DNA of 64,000 nt from Callorhinchus milii (Eukaryota), in assembly GCF_018977255.1 (NCBI RefSeq), contig NW_024704742.1, forward strand, positions 108,068,001 to 108,132,000, read 5' to 3'. Under the pieces are notes generated by a model. The model saw only the letters and a program-made list of their open reading frames with translations, did not search any database and was not told the origin of the DNA. A program made the translations under genes and the position numbers. This document shows positions 27,222 to 39,925 of this stretch, in pieces. Every line of letters begins with the position of its first letter. Position 1 is the stretch's first letter.

Positions 27222-27578
27222 AATAATAATAATCGTTGCATTTGATATTGGCCTTATCGCATCTTCTAGATGTCTCAAAGCGCTTCACAAAATATACTGT
27301 AAAGTGAATTGACTGTATATTTTGTGGCTGAAACACAGCAGCCAATTGTCCACAGCAGTTTCCCACAAACAGTCTTGGATTGAGTGACCAAATTATTATT
27401 ATTGAAGGAATTATTACCCCCGGAAAAGCGATCTGCCAATCAACTGACAAGCGGGTTCCTACTTACTGCTAGGTAAACAGAGGCGGGCGGAGTAACAAAA
27501 CTTGCCCAACATTTCGCCCTGCCGGGAATCGAACTCAGGTGTCTCACCTGCTCTAACCACTGAGCAACTGGACTCCAC
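27222..27578 (-). mobile_element. tRNA-derived SINE, long variant
   Basis: Reverse complement of the 11343-11720 family, including cctacttactgctaggtaaacagagg. Confidence 0.9.
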
Positions 27579-27898
27579 AATGTGTGCTCTCTACCCAGAG
27601 GAACACTGTGCTTATCTAATTTCCAGAAAGGATTAGACGCAGGTTAGCAGGAGCCAAACTTGCGGTCAGAGTGTGCATTTCACAAATACTGAAGAGGCAG
27701 CCAGATTCAAGGTTCTGGCACCTAAATGTTAAATGTTGAACTAATGTGGAATGTTACAAGGGATGATATTTACATTTCAGGTATTTAATAATGGATTACT
27801 GAGCCACCAGTATGCTGGCATAAGCACAATGTAAGTCTCTACCATTCTCCCATCCCTTGTAGGTCAGAGGTTTAAGAACAATGTTAAGTGTAGATTTG

Positions 27899-27930
27899 TA
27901 TATATATATAATATATATATTATATATATA
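27899..27930. repeat. (TA)n microsatellite, imperfect
   Basis: tatatatatataatatatatattatatatata. Confidence 0.85.
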
Positions 27931-28059
27931 ATGGGATCAGCAGGGCACAACTGAAAAATGGGAAAATGTAATAATCTCAGAACCAGTTAATCCTTTACAC
28001 TTGTTGCTGAAAGTAAATGAATCCATATTGCCTGCCTTGCTCCACCTTACCAGATATTT

Positions 28060-28310
28060 TATTTTCAGATTACACCAAGGCAGCAGGACAAAGAGAGCAC
28101 AAGGTCAATTTTGAAACACCAGGAAGTATTCCTTTACACAGATGACAATGAACAGATGGATAGAGTTGCTAGGAAGGGTATGGAGGCCAGAATGTTGTAT
28201 TCATTTAAGAAATGGCTTAATACTAAACTGCGAATATGTTAATGTGGACATTCTGGATGGATAAGATCAAATAGGCCAAAGGGCCTTCTTCATCTGTATA
28301 ATTCTATAAT
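28060..28310 (+). mobile_element. Old CR1 3' end
   Basis: RKYSFTQ-like aggaagtattcctttacacag and terminal ggccaaagggccttcttcatctgtataattctat. Confidence 0.6.
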
Positions 28311-29212
28311 AATATCTTGTGTACCTCCTAGAAACTGGTTGTAGCAACAATTGCAGGGAGCTCACAGCTGGTCTTTCGCTTATTTAGGTTGACAGGGAAG
28401 ATGCTAGACGTCGGAGAGAACAGGGAATGAAATAAAATAATAAAATAAAATGACAAAAGATTTAAAAAAAACAAGTTTTAAAAATCTAGAACATTGGAAT
28501 ATTATATACACATAGCCTCTGTAAGACCATGGTCTCAGTGCATCACTATATATATTTTTTTCTGTGTATATTGTGGTAAGGTGCCTTGAAAAGCACTTCA
28601 CCATGGCAACACAACCCCTTTCATGTTGCTGTGGCTGACCTGGAATTCTTTTGTTCTTGATATTTCTCCTCAATAACTGTCAACAGAAATAAGAGTGAAG
28701 CATAGCAGTTGAATAACAAGTGATCAACCGTATTGCTGCCATACTGAGCATTCTGCAGTACAGCAATCAATAGAATTTCTTAAAAGGGCTGTGCAGTGAG
28801 GAAAACACCACCTTTCTAATGGCAATGAAGACAGTCAGGAATCCATTGGTGTAATTTGTCTCCAATCATGTCTGTTGTTACTCATTTTACATTGGGGTCA
28901 AATATGTGGAACTTGTAATGGGATTCCTTACTAAATAGGATATAGTTACGGAGGGCAATTGCAGGACCAGGTTGGTCCTCAAATTAAGTTGGAAGAATTC
29001 CAATTCCCATTGTCTGTACATCCATGTCCTGTTTATGAGCAAGCCTATGTGGTCCATCATCAACAATATCTTGGGAGTGCCTTGCTAAAGAACCAAACTA
29101 ATGAGACCGCAGTAAAGGACTGACTTAATTCTTATCTTCCATTGCCGGTTGTGTCATTTTGCACTCAATTCAGCCCCATAGAGATTATCCTCAAAGGGGA
29201 GAGTCAATAGTT

Positions 29213-29577
29213 ATAATAATAATAATCCTTGCATTTGATACAGTGCCTTATCACAACTTCGAGGGGGTCTCAAAGCGCTTCACAGAATATTCTGTAAAGT
29301 GAATTGACTGTATATTTTGTGAGTGAAACAGGGCAGCCAATTGCGTACAACAGTGTCCCACAAACAGTCGTGGATTGAGTAACCAAATTATTATTATTTT
29401 TTACTTATTTTGAAGGGATTACTACTCCCAAAAAAGTGATTCGCCAGTCAACTAACAAATAGGTTCCTATTTATTGCTAAGTAAATAGAGACGTGTGGAG
29501 TAAGGAAACTTGCCTAATGCTTCGCCCTGCTAGGAATCGAACCCAGATGCTCTCTCTTGCGAGGCGAGTGCTCTAAG
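29213..29577 (-). mobile_element. tRNA-derived SINE, long variant
   Basis: (TAA) tail, Deu-like segment, central block and B box ggaatcgaaccc, all on the minus strand. Confidence 0.9.
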
Positions 29578-31101
29578 CGATCGTGTTTTAATCTTGCACA
29601 AGTGGTTATTATTTGTCATAATTTAAGGAGCAGGTTTATAACCACAATTGTGCTGCCATTTATCTTTTTTTTGCCCTTGAGTGTTTAAAACACCATCTCA
29701 CCCACAAAATATACAGTCAATTCATTTTAAACTATATTCGGAGAAGCGCTTTGAGACATCTCAAAGATGTGATTAGGCACATATCAAATGCAAGGATTAT
29801 ATCTCACCTTATAGAGGGAATTCCTGATGGAATAGGCCTGACAGGTTTATTTGGCTTGTTTGGACCAGCACGTCTGATAAAGAGCTTCCTGAAACTGCTT
29901 CCTCTACTTTAAAGGATGCATTAGTCTGATGAAGGCCACAATTCTCTTGATGTGGCTTTCCACAGGATGCCAAGTAAATTGCTCTGTCGATAATGGAAGC
30001 AAACGTATCTAGGTTTTGCGAGGGGGGGGAGAAAAAGCATCCAGACAAAGCCGCAAATTATAAAGCTGTAAAAATGTCACCTGCTGCACAAGGCCTTACA
30101 CTTTTAATACCTTTCTAAGTACCAGGGAGAAGGCTGCCTGGGGACTGACTCTCAATGAACATGGTCGAGGAAAAGAAGAGCTCTTTCCGCATGCTGCCGT
30201 GAGGTATTTTGGCTTGTATGGCTGGAGGTTGCTGAGTTCTGAAGAAAAGCACCGCAGGAGTCGGCAACGACCCAACCCCTTCACTCTTCCGGTCTTAAGA
30301 GGCAACAATCCAACAATGGCACTTGCATTTTTATCTCTGCAATGTACTTATAAAGCACTTTGAACATTTATAATGAGGCCTAAAATGTGCCAATTTCTAA
30401 TGAGATTACTTAATAGAAACTTTGAATTGCAACTGGGGAATCATTTCCAGTAACTGAAAGTACATCACTCAGAGCCACAGGAACTTTATTCCTGTTCCAT
30501 TTACTCCAGAATGAGGAGTTCCCATGTGTCAAAGTGAAATACATGCGGTTCCATTTCTCAACATGCACAACATTTCAGAAATTTCAGAAAATTAATAATT
30601 CATTTTTTCAAATCAAGAAAAGCCACAAATTAGATGCAGTTATGTCTATATTGTATTTGGAACACTGCATGAGACTGCATAGGAATCCTCTGAAGAAGAA
30701 TGGTTCAATTCAGGATAGTTTCTGCTGTGGTATTCATGTCCACAAGAAAGCAATTATCTATATTTCCCTGGTCCTCAATTTTAAATTATTTTCCCCTTTT
30801 CTTAAGCCCCATTTTCATACCCTCAAAACTCATATTGTCCCCCAACTTGAAAAGATAGAAATCCCAGGCCTCTTTCTCTAACTTGGTGCTAAAAGGTGGA
30901 TGTTTGGATATTCCACACTTATTCTTTCCCTTGTGCCTCTACTGGTGGCTTAGTAGAAATGCACAGAAGTTGATTCAGCACTAGATTGACATTATAATAA
31001 TAATAATCCTTGCATTTGATATAGCACCTTATCACATCTTTGAGACATATCAAAGCGATCCACATTTATGATCCACATAAATATAAGAAAGGAGACCTTC
31101 T

Positions 31102-31505
31102 ACAACAACAACAACAAATTACATTTGTAAAGCGCCTTTCACATCAGGAGGACATCCCAAGGCGCTGGACAATCAGAGATTTGGACCCGAGTAGGGGGTT
31201 GGGATCAGGGAGGGTATAAGGCAGGGGGGGTAGGTGAGTGACCGAAGTCATGGTTGAAGAGGAGGGTCTTGAGACATGCATTGGAGTCAAGGGAGAGAGC
31301 AAAGCAAAGGGACTGTGGGAAGGAATTCCAAAAGTGGGGGCAGAGAGGCTGAAGGTCTGACCGTCGATGGTAGGGTGGACCAGGTGGTGGATGTGGAGCA
31401 GGCCAGAGCCTGCTGAGCGGATGGAGTGGACAGGTTTGAAGGAACAAGGCCTTGGAGGTCTTTGAAGGCAAGGACGAGGATTTTCCACTCTATCTGGAGC
31501 GAATG
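31102..31505 (-). mobile_element. L2 LINE 3' fragment
   Basis: (CAA)n plus reverse-complement tail; RSAGSGLLHI..PTIDGQTFSLSAP and LKTLLFNHDF. Confidence 0.88.
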
Positions 31506-31867
31506 GATTATAGCGTGGGTCTTGAAGCAAAATGAAAGTACAGTATCTTAACAATGAATCTACAAACCTTCCTAAATTTCTTGACGTGGTCATGATTTTT
31601 TAGTAATTTTCCTATTTGGAAGGAATGTCCACTGCAGTGTCCAAAAATAATATTGGCGTTCACATTAATCTGGGGCCGTGTGAAATGACATTACTGTGCA
31701 ATAAGGTTCTCATTATACTAACCAGTCTTCTTCGGTTACATACGCTGCAGTGTCCAGCTTGCGTTTTAGCTGCATGGCATTCAAGTCCTAATAATTTCTA
31801 CTTGGCTGCTTGTTGAAACTAAACATTATTTAACCTAGTTGAAAAGTGTTAGAAATAATGGAAATTC

Positions 31868-32068
31868 TGTTAATAATGACAAGTGTATTCCGAAACAACT
31901 TAACCTTTTGTTAATAGTAACAAGTATATCGCAAAACAATGTATGTTTATGTTACCAGGTTTTGAGTATACAAGAAAACAAGGTAACTTTGTATTAAATT
32001 GAAATTGTATTGAAATAACGTAAACTTATATTAACAGTGACAAGCATATCCCAAAACAACTTAACCTA
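31868..32068. repeat. Degenerate tandem repeat, about 41-bp unit, about 5 units
   Basis: tgttaataatgacaagtgtattccgaaacaacttaacc / tgttaatagtaacaagtatatcgcaaaacaat / tattaacagtgacaagcatatcccaaaacaacttaacc. Confidence 0.65.
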
Positions 32069-32235
32069 TGTCAAAAAATCTGGCCACTGATCGAATATAG
32101 AATTCAGCTGTCGGATTTGACAGTTTATAAGAAACGGATAATATTTAAGCAGAACTGGGATTTTTTCTGTTGGAACCAAGAAGGCTGAGAGGTGATCTGA
32201 TAGAAGTTTTTTTGAATTATGAGGGGTTTTCCATA

Positions 32236-33598
32236 TGAAACCTGCCATCTGCTCCCTCGACCCCATCCCTGCTCCTATCCTTACCTCCAAGCTCCACCTC
32301 CTTGCCCCTCTACTCACAGACATCATCAACCTCACCTTGTCCACTGGCACCATTCCCATTCCCTTAAAAACAGCTGTCATAACACCTATCATCAATAAAC
32401 CTTCCCTGGACCCATCCATGCTTTCAAATTACCACTCCATCTCCACCTCCCTTTCTTTTCCTTTCTTGGAATGAGTCGCTGCTTCCCAGCTTTGCTCCTT
32501 CCTCTCCTGGCATTCCCTTCATGAACCCCTCCAATTGGTTTTCCATGCCACCCACAGCAACAACAACAACAAGATTGCATTTATAGAGCGCCTTTCACGT
32601 CGGGAGGACAGCCCTAGCCAAAGTGACAAATTACATTCTGTCCATCTGCGGCCAGAGTTCCCTCTGTCTCCTTATCTCCTTGACTTCTCTATCCTCTACC
32701 TTTGACACCGTTGATCACTCTATCCTCCTTCATCGATTCTCCTCTCTCCTCAACCTTCATGATTCTGCCCTGGTTCAGATCTTACCTTTCACCCCATCTC
32801 CACAAGCAACTTCTCCTCTAGCACCCGCACCATCTCATGCGGCGTTCCTCAGGGCTCTGTCCTTGGTCCCCTCCTCTTCAACATATACATCCTCCTCCGT
32901 GGTGACATCATCCGTAGACATGGGATCAACTTCCATGTGTATGCGGATGACACCCAACTCTATCTCTCTGCCTCGACCTTTGACTCCTGAACCACTGCTG
33001 TCCGGACAGAATGTCTGTCAGACATCAAGTCCTGGATGAGAGTTAACTTTCTACTGTTGAACGTCAACAAGACCGAGGCCCTCCTGATTGGTTCCAGTCA
33101 GCACATCCTCACATCAGGCACTAACAGCATCACCATCCATGGATGCACACTCCACCTCACTGAGTTCAAAATCCTCATCCTCGCCTTCAAGGCCCTCCAT
33201 AGCCTAGCCCCTTTCCTATCTCTCTGACCTGCTAACCCCTTATCAACCAGTCTGCTTCCTCCGCTCAGCAGGCTCCGGCTTGCTCCATGTCCCCTGCCCG
33301 ACCCGCCCCCGCATCGGCGGTCGGGCCTTCAGCTTCTCCGGCCCACCCTTTGAAACTCCATCCTGTAGTCCATTCTACCTGCTTCCTCCCGTGCCTCCTT
33401 CAAAGCACGTCTGTCTCAAGAACTTCCTCTTCAACCACACATTCTGCCATCCTCCTACCCCTACTTACCCTCCACCACCACCCACGCCCCCCACCTGATC
33501 CCAACCCCTTGCTCGGATCCAATCCCTGACTGTACAACACCAAGGGACATCCTCCCGATGTGAAAGGTGCTATACAAATGTAATTTGTTTGTTGTTTT
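32236..33598 (+). mobile_element. L2 LINE, decayed RT region with internal deletions and tail
   Basis: [42 protein letters not shown] ggcgttcctcagggctctgtccttggtccc, YADD (tatgcggatgac), tail gtttgttgtt. Confidence 0.92.
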
Positions 33599-33599
33599 G

Positions 33600-33910
33600 A
33601 TAGTCAATAGGGAGAAATTATTTCCTTTGGTTGCTGCGTTGGTGATTAGAGGACATCAAATTAAGATAGTTAGTGAATGAACAAATGGGGAGACAGAGTA
33701 GTTAGGATATGGAATACCCTGCCGGGAGTTGTGGTTGAGGCAAAATCCATATTAGCTTTTAAAAGGAAACTAAATAAATATTGGGAAAAGGAGTCAACCA
33801 CAGGGGAAAGAGCAGGTAAATGGGACTGAAAGGATGTTCTTAAAAATGCCAGCACAGACTTAATGGACCAAATGGCTTTCTTCGGCGCTGTAAATATCTA
33901 TGATTGTATT
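33600..33910 (+). mobile_element. CR1 3' end
   Basis: gggagaaattatttccttt..agaggacatcaa (RGH) ..atggaccaaatggctttcttc..ctgtaaatatctatgatt. Confidence 0.7.
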
Positions 33911-34384
33911 CACTTAACATTTTTACCAATGTATCATTCACTAAAATTAGTAGTTAGTATAAACTTTATGGTACTAAGGAATATTTAAACAAGGACCACC
34001 ATATGCAGTGGCGTATGCGGTTTCTTATTTTATTTGAAAACAAAAACGGAAGTCGCTGGGAACAGGTTAGGTCAGGCAGCATCTATGGTGAAAGGAAACA
34101 TTTTGGGTCCATGACACTTCGTCAGAACTGGGGCATGTTGGGAGGGAAAGTTTTGAAGAGCAAACAGAGAGAGGGGTGGCAGGGCAAGGAAGACAAGGGA
34201 GAAAATGGGGTAGAGGACAGAGGATGATGGGTTAAAGAGGTGTTAATGATGCAAAACAAAGGGGGGGGATTGCAACACAGCAGGGGAATAGAGGTGTTAA
34301 TATTGCAGAACAAAGGGGATGGGGGGGGGGAATTGCCACAAAACGGGTAGACCAGTTAGAGAAAAGGGGTGTCTGGGACCAAGA

Positions 34385-34690
34385 TAATAATAATAATAAT
34401 CCTTGTATTTGATATAGCGCTTTTCACGTCTTCTAGACGCCTCACAGTGCTTCACAAAATAGGCTGTAAAGTGAATTGACTATATACTTGTGGGGGAAAT
34501 GTGGCAGCCAATTGTGCACAGCAATATCCCACAAACAGTCGTGGATTGTATTGACCAATTTATTATTTTTTTTCTTAAGGGATTATTATCAGGCGTGTGG
34601 AGTAAGGAAACATGCCCAAGATTTCACCCTGTCGAAAATCAAACCCAGGTCTCTCACTTGGAAAGCGAGTGCTCTAACCACTGAGCTACA
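34385..34690 (-). mobile_element. tRNA-derived SINE; its 5' end continues at 36408-36418 after the L2 insertion
   Basis: ..gctctaaccactgagctaca | L2 | tacaggactcc restores the consensus ctgagctacaggactcc. Confidence 0.9.
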
Positions 34691-36407
34691 ATCCCTAACA
34701 ATCCCTAACCGCTGCCTTGGAGTCCTCTGAACTCCTCTCCCTCTGGCCTTCAACCCTCACTGACCCCTCTTCTGCTCTCATCCTCCTCCACAACACCCTC
34801 TCCTCCACACTCGACACTCTTGCCCCCATCACCTCCCGTACTGTCTCCTACTCTCGCTCCTCCCCCTGGTTCACCACCCACCTCCACTCACTGAAGAGCC
34901 AGGCCGTTGAACGCACCTGGGTCAAATCTGGCCTAATGGTCTACCGACAAATTCCTCCTCAAAATCTACCGCTCCACTCTAGCCTCGGCCAAGTCGTCCT
35001 TCTACTTCAGGATAATCCTGGAGGCAAAGAACAACCCCAGGCTTCTGTTTTCTACCACATCCCGACTCTTCCGTCCCCCCCGCCACCCCGCGCAGGTCAT
35101 CTCCTCCAACCTTCACTGCGAGGAGATGCTGGATTTCCTTGAATCCAAAATTAAGGGAATCCGCTCCACGCTAACCTCCTCCACCACTTGTCCTCCGACC
35201 TCAACCTTCAAGGCACTGTCCTTGAGTGGTTTAGGTCGTACCTCTCCCACCGTCTTCATTTTGTTTCCACAAATGGCTTTTCCTCCAGCCCCCGCACTGT
35301 CTTGTGCGGTGTCCCTCAGGGCTCTGTCCTCGATCCACTCCGCTTCACTCTCTATATGCTCCCCTTCGTGACATCATCCGCAGACATGGGGTTAACTTCC
35401 ACATGTATGCGGATGACACCCAACTCTACCTTTCCTCCTCTACCCTCAACTCCACGATCCCCAATGTCCTGACAGCCTGCCTGTCCGACATCGAGTCCTG
35501 GACGAGAGACAACTTTCTTCAGCTCAACGTGCGCAAACCTGAGGCCCTCCTGATTGGCTCACGTCAGCGCCTCCGCACCTCAGGTGCTGACAGCATCAGC
35601 ATCCAAGGCTGCACTCTCCACCTCTCAAAGGCAGTCTGGAACCTCGACGTTCTGTTCGACCCTGAGCTGTCCTTTCTCCCTCATATCCGCACCACAACTG
35701 GCACCGCCTTCCATCACCTCCGGAATATCGCCAGACTACGGCACTACCTCACCCCTCACGCTGCTGAAACTCTGGTCCACGCCTTTATCACCTCAAGGCT
35801 GGACTATGGGAACTCTCTCCTCGCCGGCCTTCCCGGCACCTCCCTCCACAAGCTGCAGGTCATTCAGAACTCTGCAGCTCGTGTACTGTCCCGCACCAGG
35901 CTTCGGGACCACATCACTCCCACCCTCGCTCGCCTCCACTGGCTCCCCATCCCCCAGAGGATCGAATTCAAGATCCTCACCCTCACCTACAAGGCCATTC
36001 ACGCCCTCGCTCCCTCCTACCTCTCCGACATACTATCCCCCTACCTACCTGCCCGTACCCTCCGTTCCTCTGGCTCCGGTCTGCTCCACATCCCCCGCCC
36101 CAACCGCCCTACCATCGGTGGCCGGGCCTTCAGCCTCTCAGCCCCTAGGCTCTGGAACTCCATCCCCCAGTGCCTTCGCCGCCTCCTCCCTTTCCTCTTT
36201 CAAGGCCGGTCTCAAGACCTTTCTCTTTGACCGTGCCTTCAGCTCCCCTGTCGACTCTCTACCCCCTCCTCGCTCGCTCCCTCCCTTCCCTCCCCTCACC
36301 CTGACCATTTCCCCCCTGCTCGGGTCCTGACCCAACTGTCCAGCGCCTTGGGACGTCCTCCCGACGTGAAAGGCGCTCTATAAATGGAATCTTGTTGTTG
36401 TTGTTGT
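34691..36407 (+). mobile_element. Relatively young L2 LINE, 5'-truncated, internally deleted, frameshifted RT pseudogene
   Basis: [40 protein letters not shown] motifs; CpG-rich; stem-loop tail and (TTG)n end. Confidence 0.96.
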
Positions 36408-36487
36408 TACAGGACTCCTATAACGTGGAGTTGTGGTAATGTGATTCGGTAATGGTCACAGAAGAGGGGGAAGGGGAAGGTGAGCTG

Positions 36488-36800
36488 TTATCGTCTGAAA
36501 TTGTTGAAATCAATATTGAGGCCAGAGGGCTGTAAGGTCCCTAGCAGATAAATGAGGTGCTGCTTCTCGAGCTTGTCCTGTGGCTCATTGGAACAGTGCA
36601 ACAGACCATGGATGGAGAGGTCAGAGTGCGAGTGGGAGGGAGAGTTGAAGTGGCAAGAAACCGGAAGCTCAGGGTTGTGCTTGTGGACAGAACAGAGTTG
36701 TTCGACAAATCGGTCACCCAATCTGTGTTTTGTCTCCCCAGTGTAGAGGAGACCACATCGTGAGCAGCGAATGTAGTCAACTACATTGGTGGTAATACAT
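36488..36800 (-). pseudogene. GIY-YIG endonuclease C-terminal remnant of the Penelope-like ORF
   Basis: NVVDYIRCSRCGLLYTGETKHRLGDRFVEQ..PVSCHFNSPSHSHSDL..LEKQHLIYLLGTLQPSGLN. Confidence 0.85.
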
Positions 36801-37129
36801 GTAAATCACTGTCTCACTTGAAATCTGTGTTTGAGGCACTGGACAGTATGGGAGGAGGTGAAAGGGCAGGTATTGCACCTACTGAGCTGGCACAGGAGAT
36901 GAAGAACTGTTGGGGTGCTTTCCCCCCTCCACCCCCCACCCCTTCTTTGTTCTGCAGTATTAACACCTCTATTCTCCTGCTTTGTTGCAAATCCCCCCTT
37001 TGTTTTGCATGATTAACACCTTTTTAACCCATCATCCCCTGTCCTCTACCACAATTTCTCCTTTGTCTTCCTTGCCCTGTCTCCCCCTCTCTGTGAGCCC
37101 TTTGAAAGCCTCTCCCTCCCAACATGCGC

Positions 37130-37168
37130 CAGTTCTGATGAAGGGTTGTGGACCCGAAACGTTGATTC
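37130..37168 (+). ncRNA. Minimal type I hammerhead ribozyme motif in the Penelope pseudo-LTR
   Basis: CTGATGA(37135-41)-a-gggtt gtg gaccc-GAAAC(37156-60)-GTT; stem I agtt/gatt is weak. Confidence 0.65.
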
Positions 37169-37344
37169 ACTTTCCTTTCTCCATAGATGCTGCCTGACCT
37201 GCCGAGTGTTCCCAGCAACTTCTGTTTTTGTTTTCAGATTTCTAGCATTTGCAGTATTTTGTCTTTTCATATTTTATTTCTTGATTTCCCCTTTTCGGTA
37301 TGCTTTTTGCTTCTCCCAATATGTTTTTGACTGTTTCACCTTAG

Positions 37345-37418
37345 TCTCGGAGCCATCACAGACTCAGTGGACCAAAAGGCCTCCTTCTGTGCTGTAAATT
37401 TCTACGATTCTATGATTC
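37345..37418 (+). mobile_element. CR1 3' terminal fragment
   Basis: ggaccaaaaggcctccttctgtgctgtaaatttctacgattctatgattc. Confidence 0.7.
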
Positions 37419-39639
37419 GCTCACCCACTCAGTGTGTGCACAGCATGTCACTGCCAGTACTGTTGTCTAAGCAGCCACAAGGAATTGAGAAGGTTAGACT
37501 CCACTTTCAGCAGTTTTGTCTTTTTGAATTCTAGCTGCTGATTTTTTTTAGTCTTGAATCATTTTTAGGCCTTTATCTGACAAACTGGCAAAGAATTACG
37601 AAATCCCCCAGACTTTAACGCAGAATGTTTTCAGATTGTTGCACCAGTTATTCAGTACTGGACAAAAGTGTCCATAAATTCTGCATTTTGTGATAATTAG
37701 TACCTGAAGTGCAAATCCCCACCCCACACACACACAAACACATGGGAAATCTGAAAAATATTAATTTATATACTTTGCATTAGCATTCCTCTTCGACTGT
37801 GCTTAGGATCACCTTCTCTCCCTCTCTGGCTTGGTGTCAAACTCCACCATTGTTCAGCGCTCCGAAACACTACTCCGCGTGAAGGGCACTATATATAAAC
37901 GCAAGTTTTTGTTGTAATGTCTACATATCAGTACAATCAAGATGGAGCTTGCTAAATTAGAACATCTTACTTATAATGCCCAAAAGCCTACATAAAAACT
38001 GCAAAAGCCTACTCCCCTGTGAAACCTTGTAATGGGACAAGCAGTAAATATTCAGTTCAATTTGGTAAGTGTATTTCGTGCATGATGTGATCTTGCTTCA
38101 TCAATCTTACCAGCTTTAAAACGTTACTTTAGTTCTTGACACACTCAGAGTTGGACGACACCAGATTTCTTTGAAAGGTTTGCTCTAACTCAGCAAACAG
38201 CTTACAAGTGTATTTACATAAACACTGCCTTTGAGGAAGGAAAGGAGCACCAGAACATCTAGCATTGCATTTCTTCCCTTTTATAGTCACAAAACTTGAA
38301 CTGCGTATCCTTGCGCTTTTATCACTAGTTCAATTTAATCTGATGTCAAGCCAACATTCATGTTATACGTTACACCATTTCTCCTCACTGGATGAAGGTT
38401 GTCTGGAATCTGTTTCTCTCCTGTTCGTTTCTGAATATTCATGGGGAGAGGGGAGAGCAGGGTGGAATCTAGACTATGACCCACTTGGCCCAAGGAAGAT
38501 ATATTATTATCTTTTTCCCAATGAATCACTGGGAGCATCTGCATGGAACAAAACAATAGAGTGAACTAGATCATAGATGATGAAAAGCAAATGCTCCTTT
38601 AAGACCAGTGACGTACTTCTTGGCCTTGCTGTTCCTGTCAGGGATATAAAAAAACTGGAGACTATACCAAGAAAAATATACTTTGACATTTTAACTTGTA
38701 ACATAGCAAATGTTCCTAGTGGGATCTGTGCTTTCTCATTTGGAAGCAATAGGTTTAAGACACTGGTGTGAGCTTTGCAGTGTTTCATAATGCATTCTTT
38801 GTGATAATTACGAAATCATGAAATGCAGAAATTTTACACCCAGTTGAATGATTGCTGAAATCTCTTGTTTCCAATCCCCTTGACACATAACTGCCTGGAT
38901 AGAATGATTCATCTGTGAAAGACGATCAGCACGACAGCCATTACCACAACTGATCAGTGAAAAATATTGCTTTATGTTCTTTGCAGATGTGTGATGCCTG
39001 CACATTAGTATATTCATGTTAGAACTGGCCAAATCCAAAAAAACTTTTACATGTCACAATTCACTTACAGATATGATTGTCTTGAACATTTGCACTGAAA
39101 GTAATACTGAAACAATTTATTCACGTCACTATTAGATTTCTCAAAAGTGTTTGTCCATGTCCTTGAAAGAATGCAGTGCTTGAATATTGAATATATAGGT
39201 GGAACGAGTGTTAACACTGATGAAATGTGGTGTTAAATCCAATAGTTGCACTAGCACAGCTCAGACATGATGGAATAACCTCCCTCTATGTTGAAATGTT
39301 CATGATTCTATATAATTTGATGAAGAATAGGAGATACTTTATGGCAAAAATAAATTTGCTTTAAATACATATCTGCATGTGCTCCACGTTGCCATAGTAG
39401 GTTAAAAGCAAAGTGTGGTGCAGTGTTTAAACCATATAGACTAGAAATTTCAAGCCTGTCCAAATTAGTTGAGGCATTATAATTTAGCCAGGAAGGGGAA
39501 AAAATCTTGTTGGTATACATATTTAAGAATTCTGTAGTGAAAGAAATCATGCCAGAGAATTGGAGGGTGGTGAATGCAATTCTTATTTTAAAAAGGGAGA
39601 TACAGCTAATCCAGGAAACTGCAAGCCAATCAGTTTTAC

Positions 39640-39925
39640 ATCTAGGCATCACGTTTGACCCACAGGTGTACCTGACCAGGACTGCTTTCCTCTACCGTCA
39701 CCATATTGCCGGCTTCCACCCCCAGATGCAGCCAAAACACTTGTCTATGTGTTTGCCACCTCCCGCCTTGACTATTCAAGTGCCCTCCTCGCCGGTCTCC
39801 CCAATACCCACAACATCCAACTGATCCAAAACCCCACCGCATACTCACCCATACTAAACTCTGTACCCCCAGCCCACCCATTCTAACCGGCTCCACTGGC
39901 CTCCTATTGCCAAATGGATTTGATG
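39640..39925 (+). mobile_element. Degenerate L2 fragment among CR1 remnants
   Basis: LGITFDP, SRLDY-like tcccgccttgactatt, LHWL-like ctccactggctc. Confidence 0.65.

Larger units (their letters stand above)
34035..37268 (-). mobile_element. Penelope-like element, 5'-truncated, with inverted pseudo-LTR copies (about 34035-34332 and 36920-37268); contains a nested SINE and L2
   Basis: About 300-bp inverted arms; GIY-YIG coding remnant at 36488-36800; hammerhead core in the arms. Confidence 0.85.

Noticed and set aside
31868..32068. CRISPR-like array
   Set aside because: Eukaryotic context, degenerate tandem units without unique spacers, no cas genes
35304..36230. Longest ORF (308 aa) as a host gene
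   Set aside because: L2 ORF2 fragment with frameshifts; the overlapping Pro/Ser-rich ORFs are alternative frames of C-rich L2 DNA
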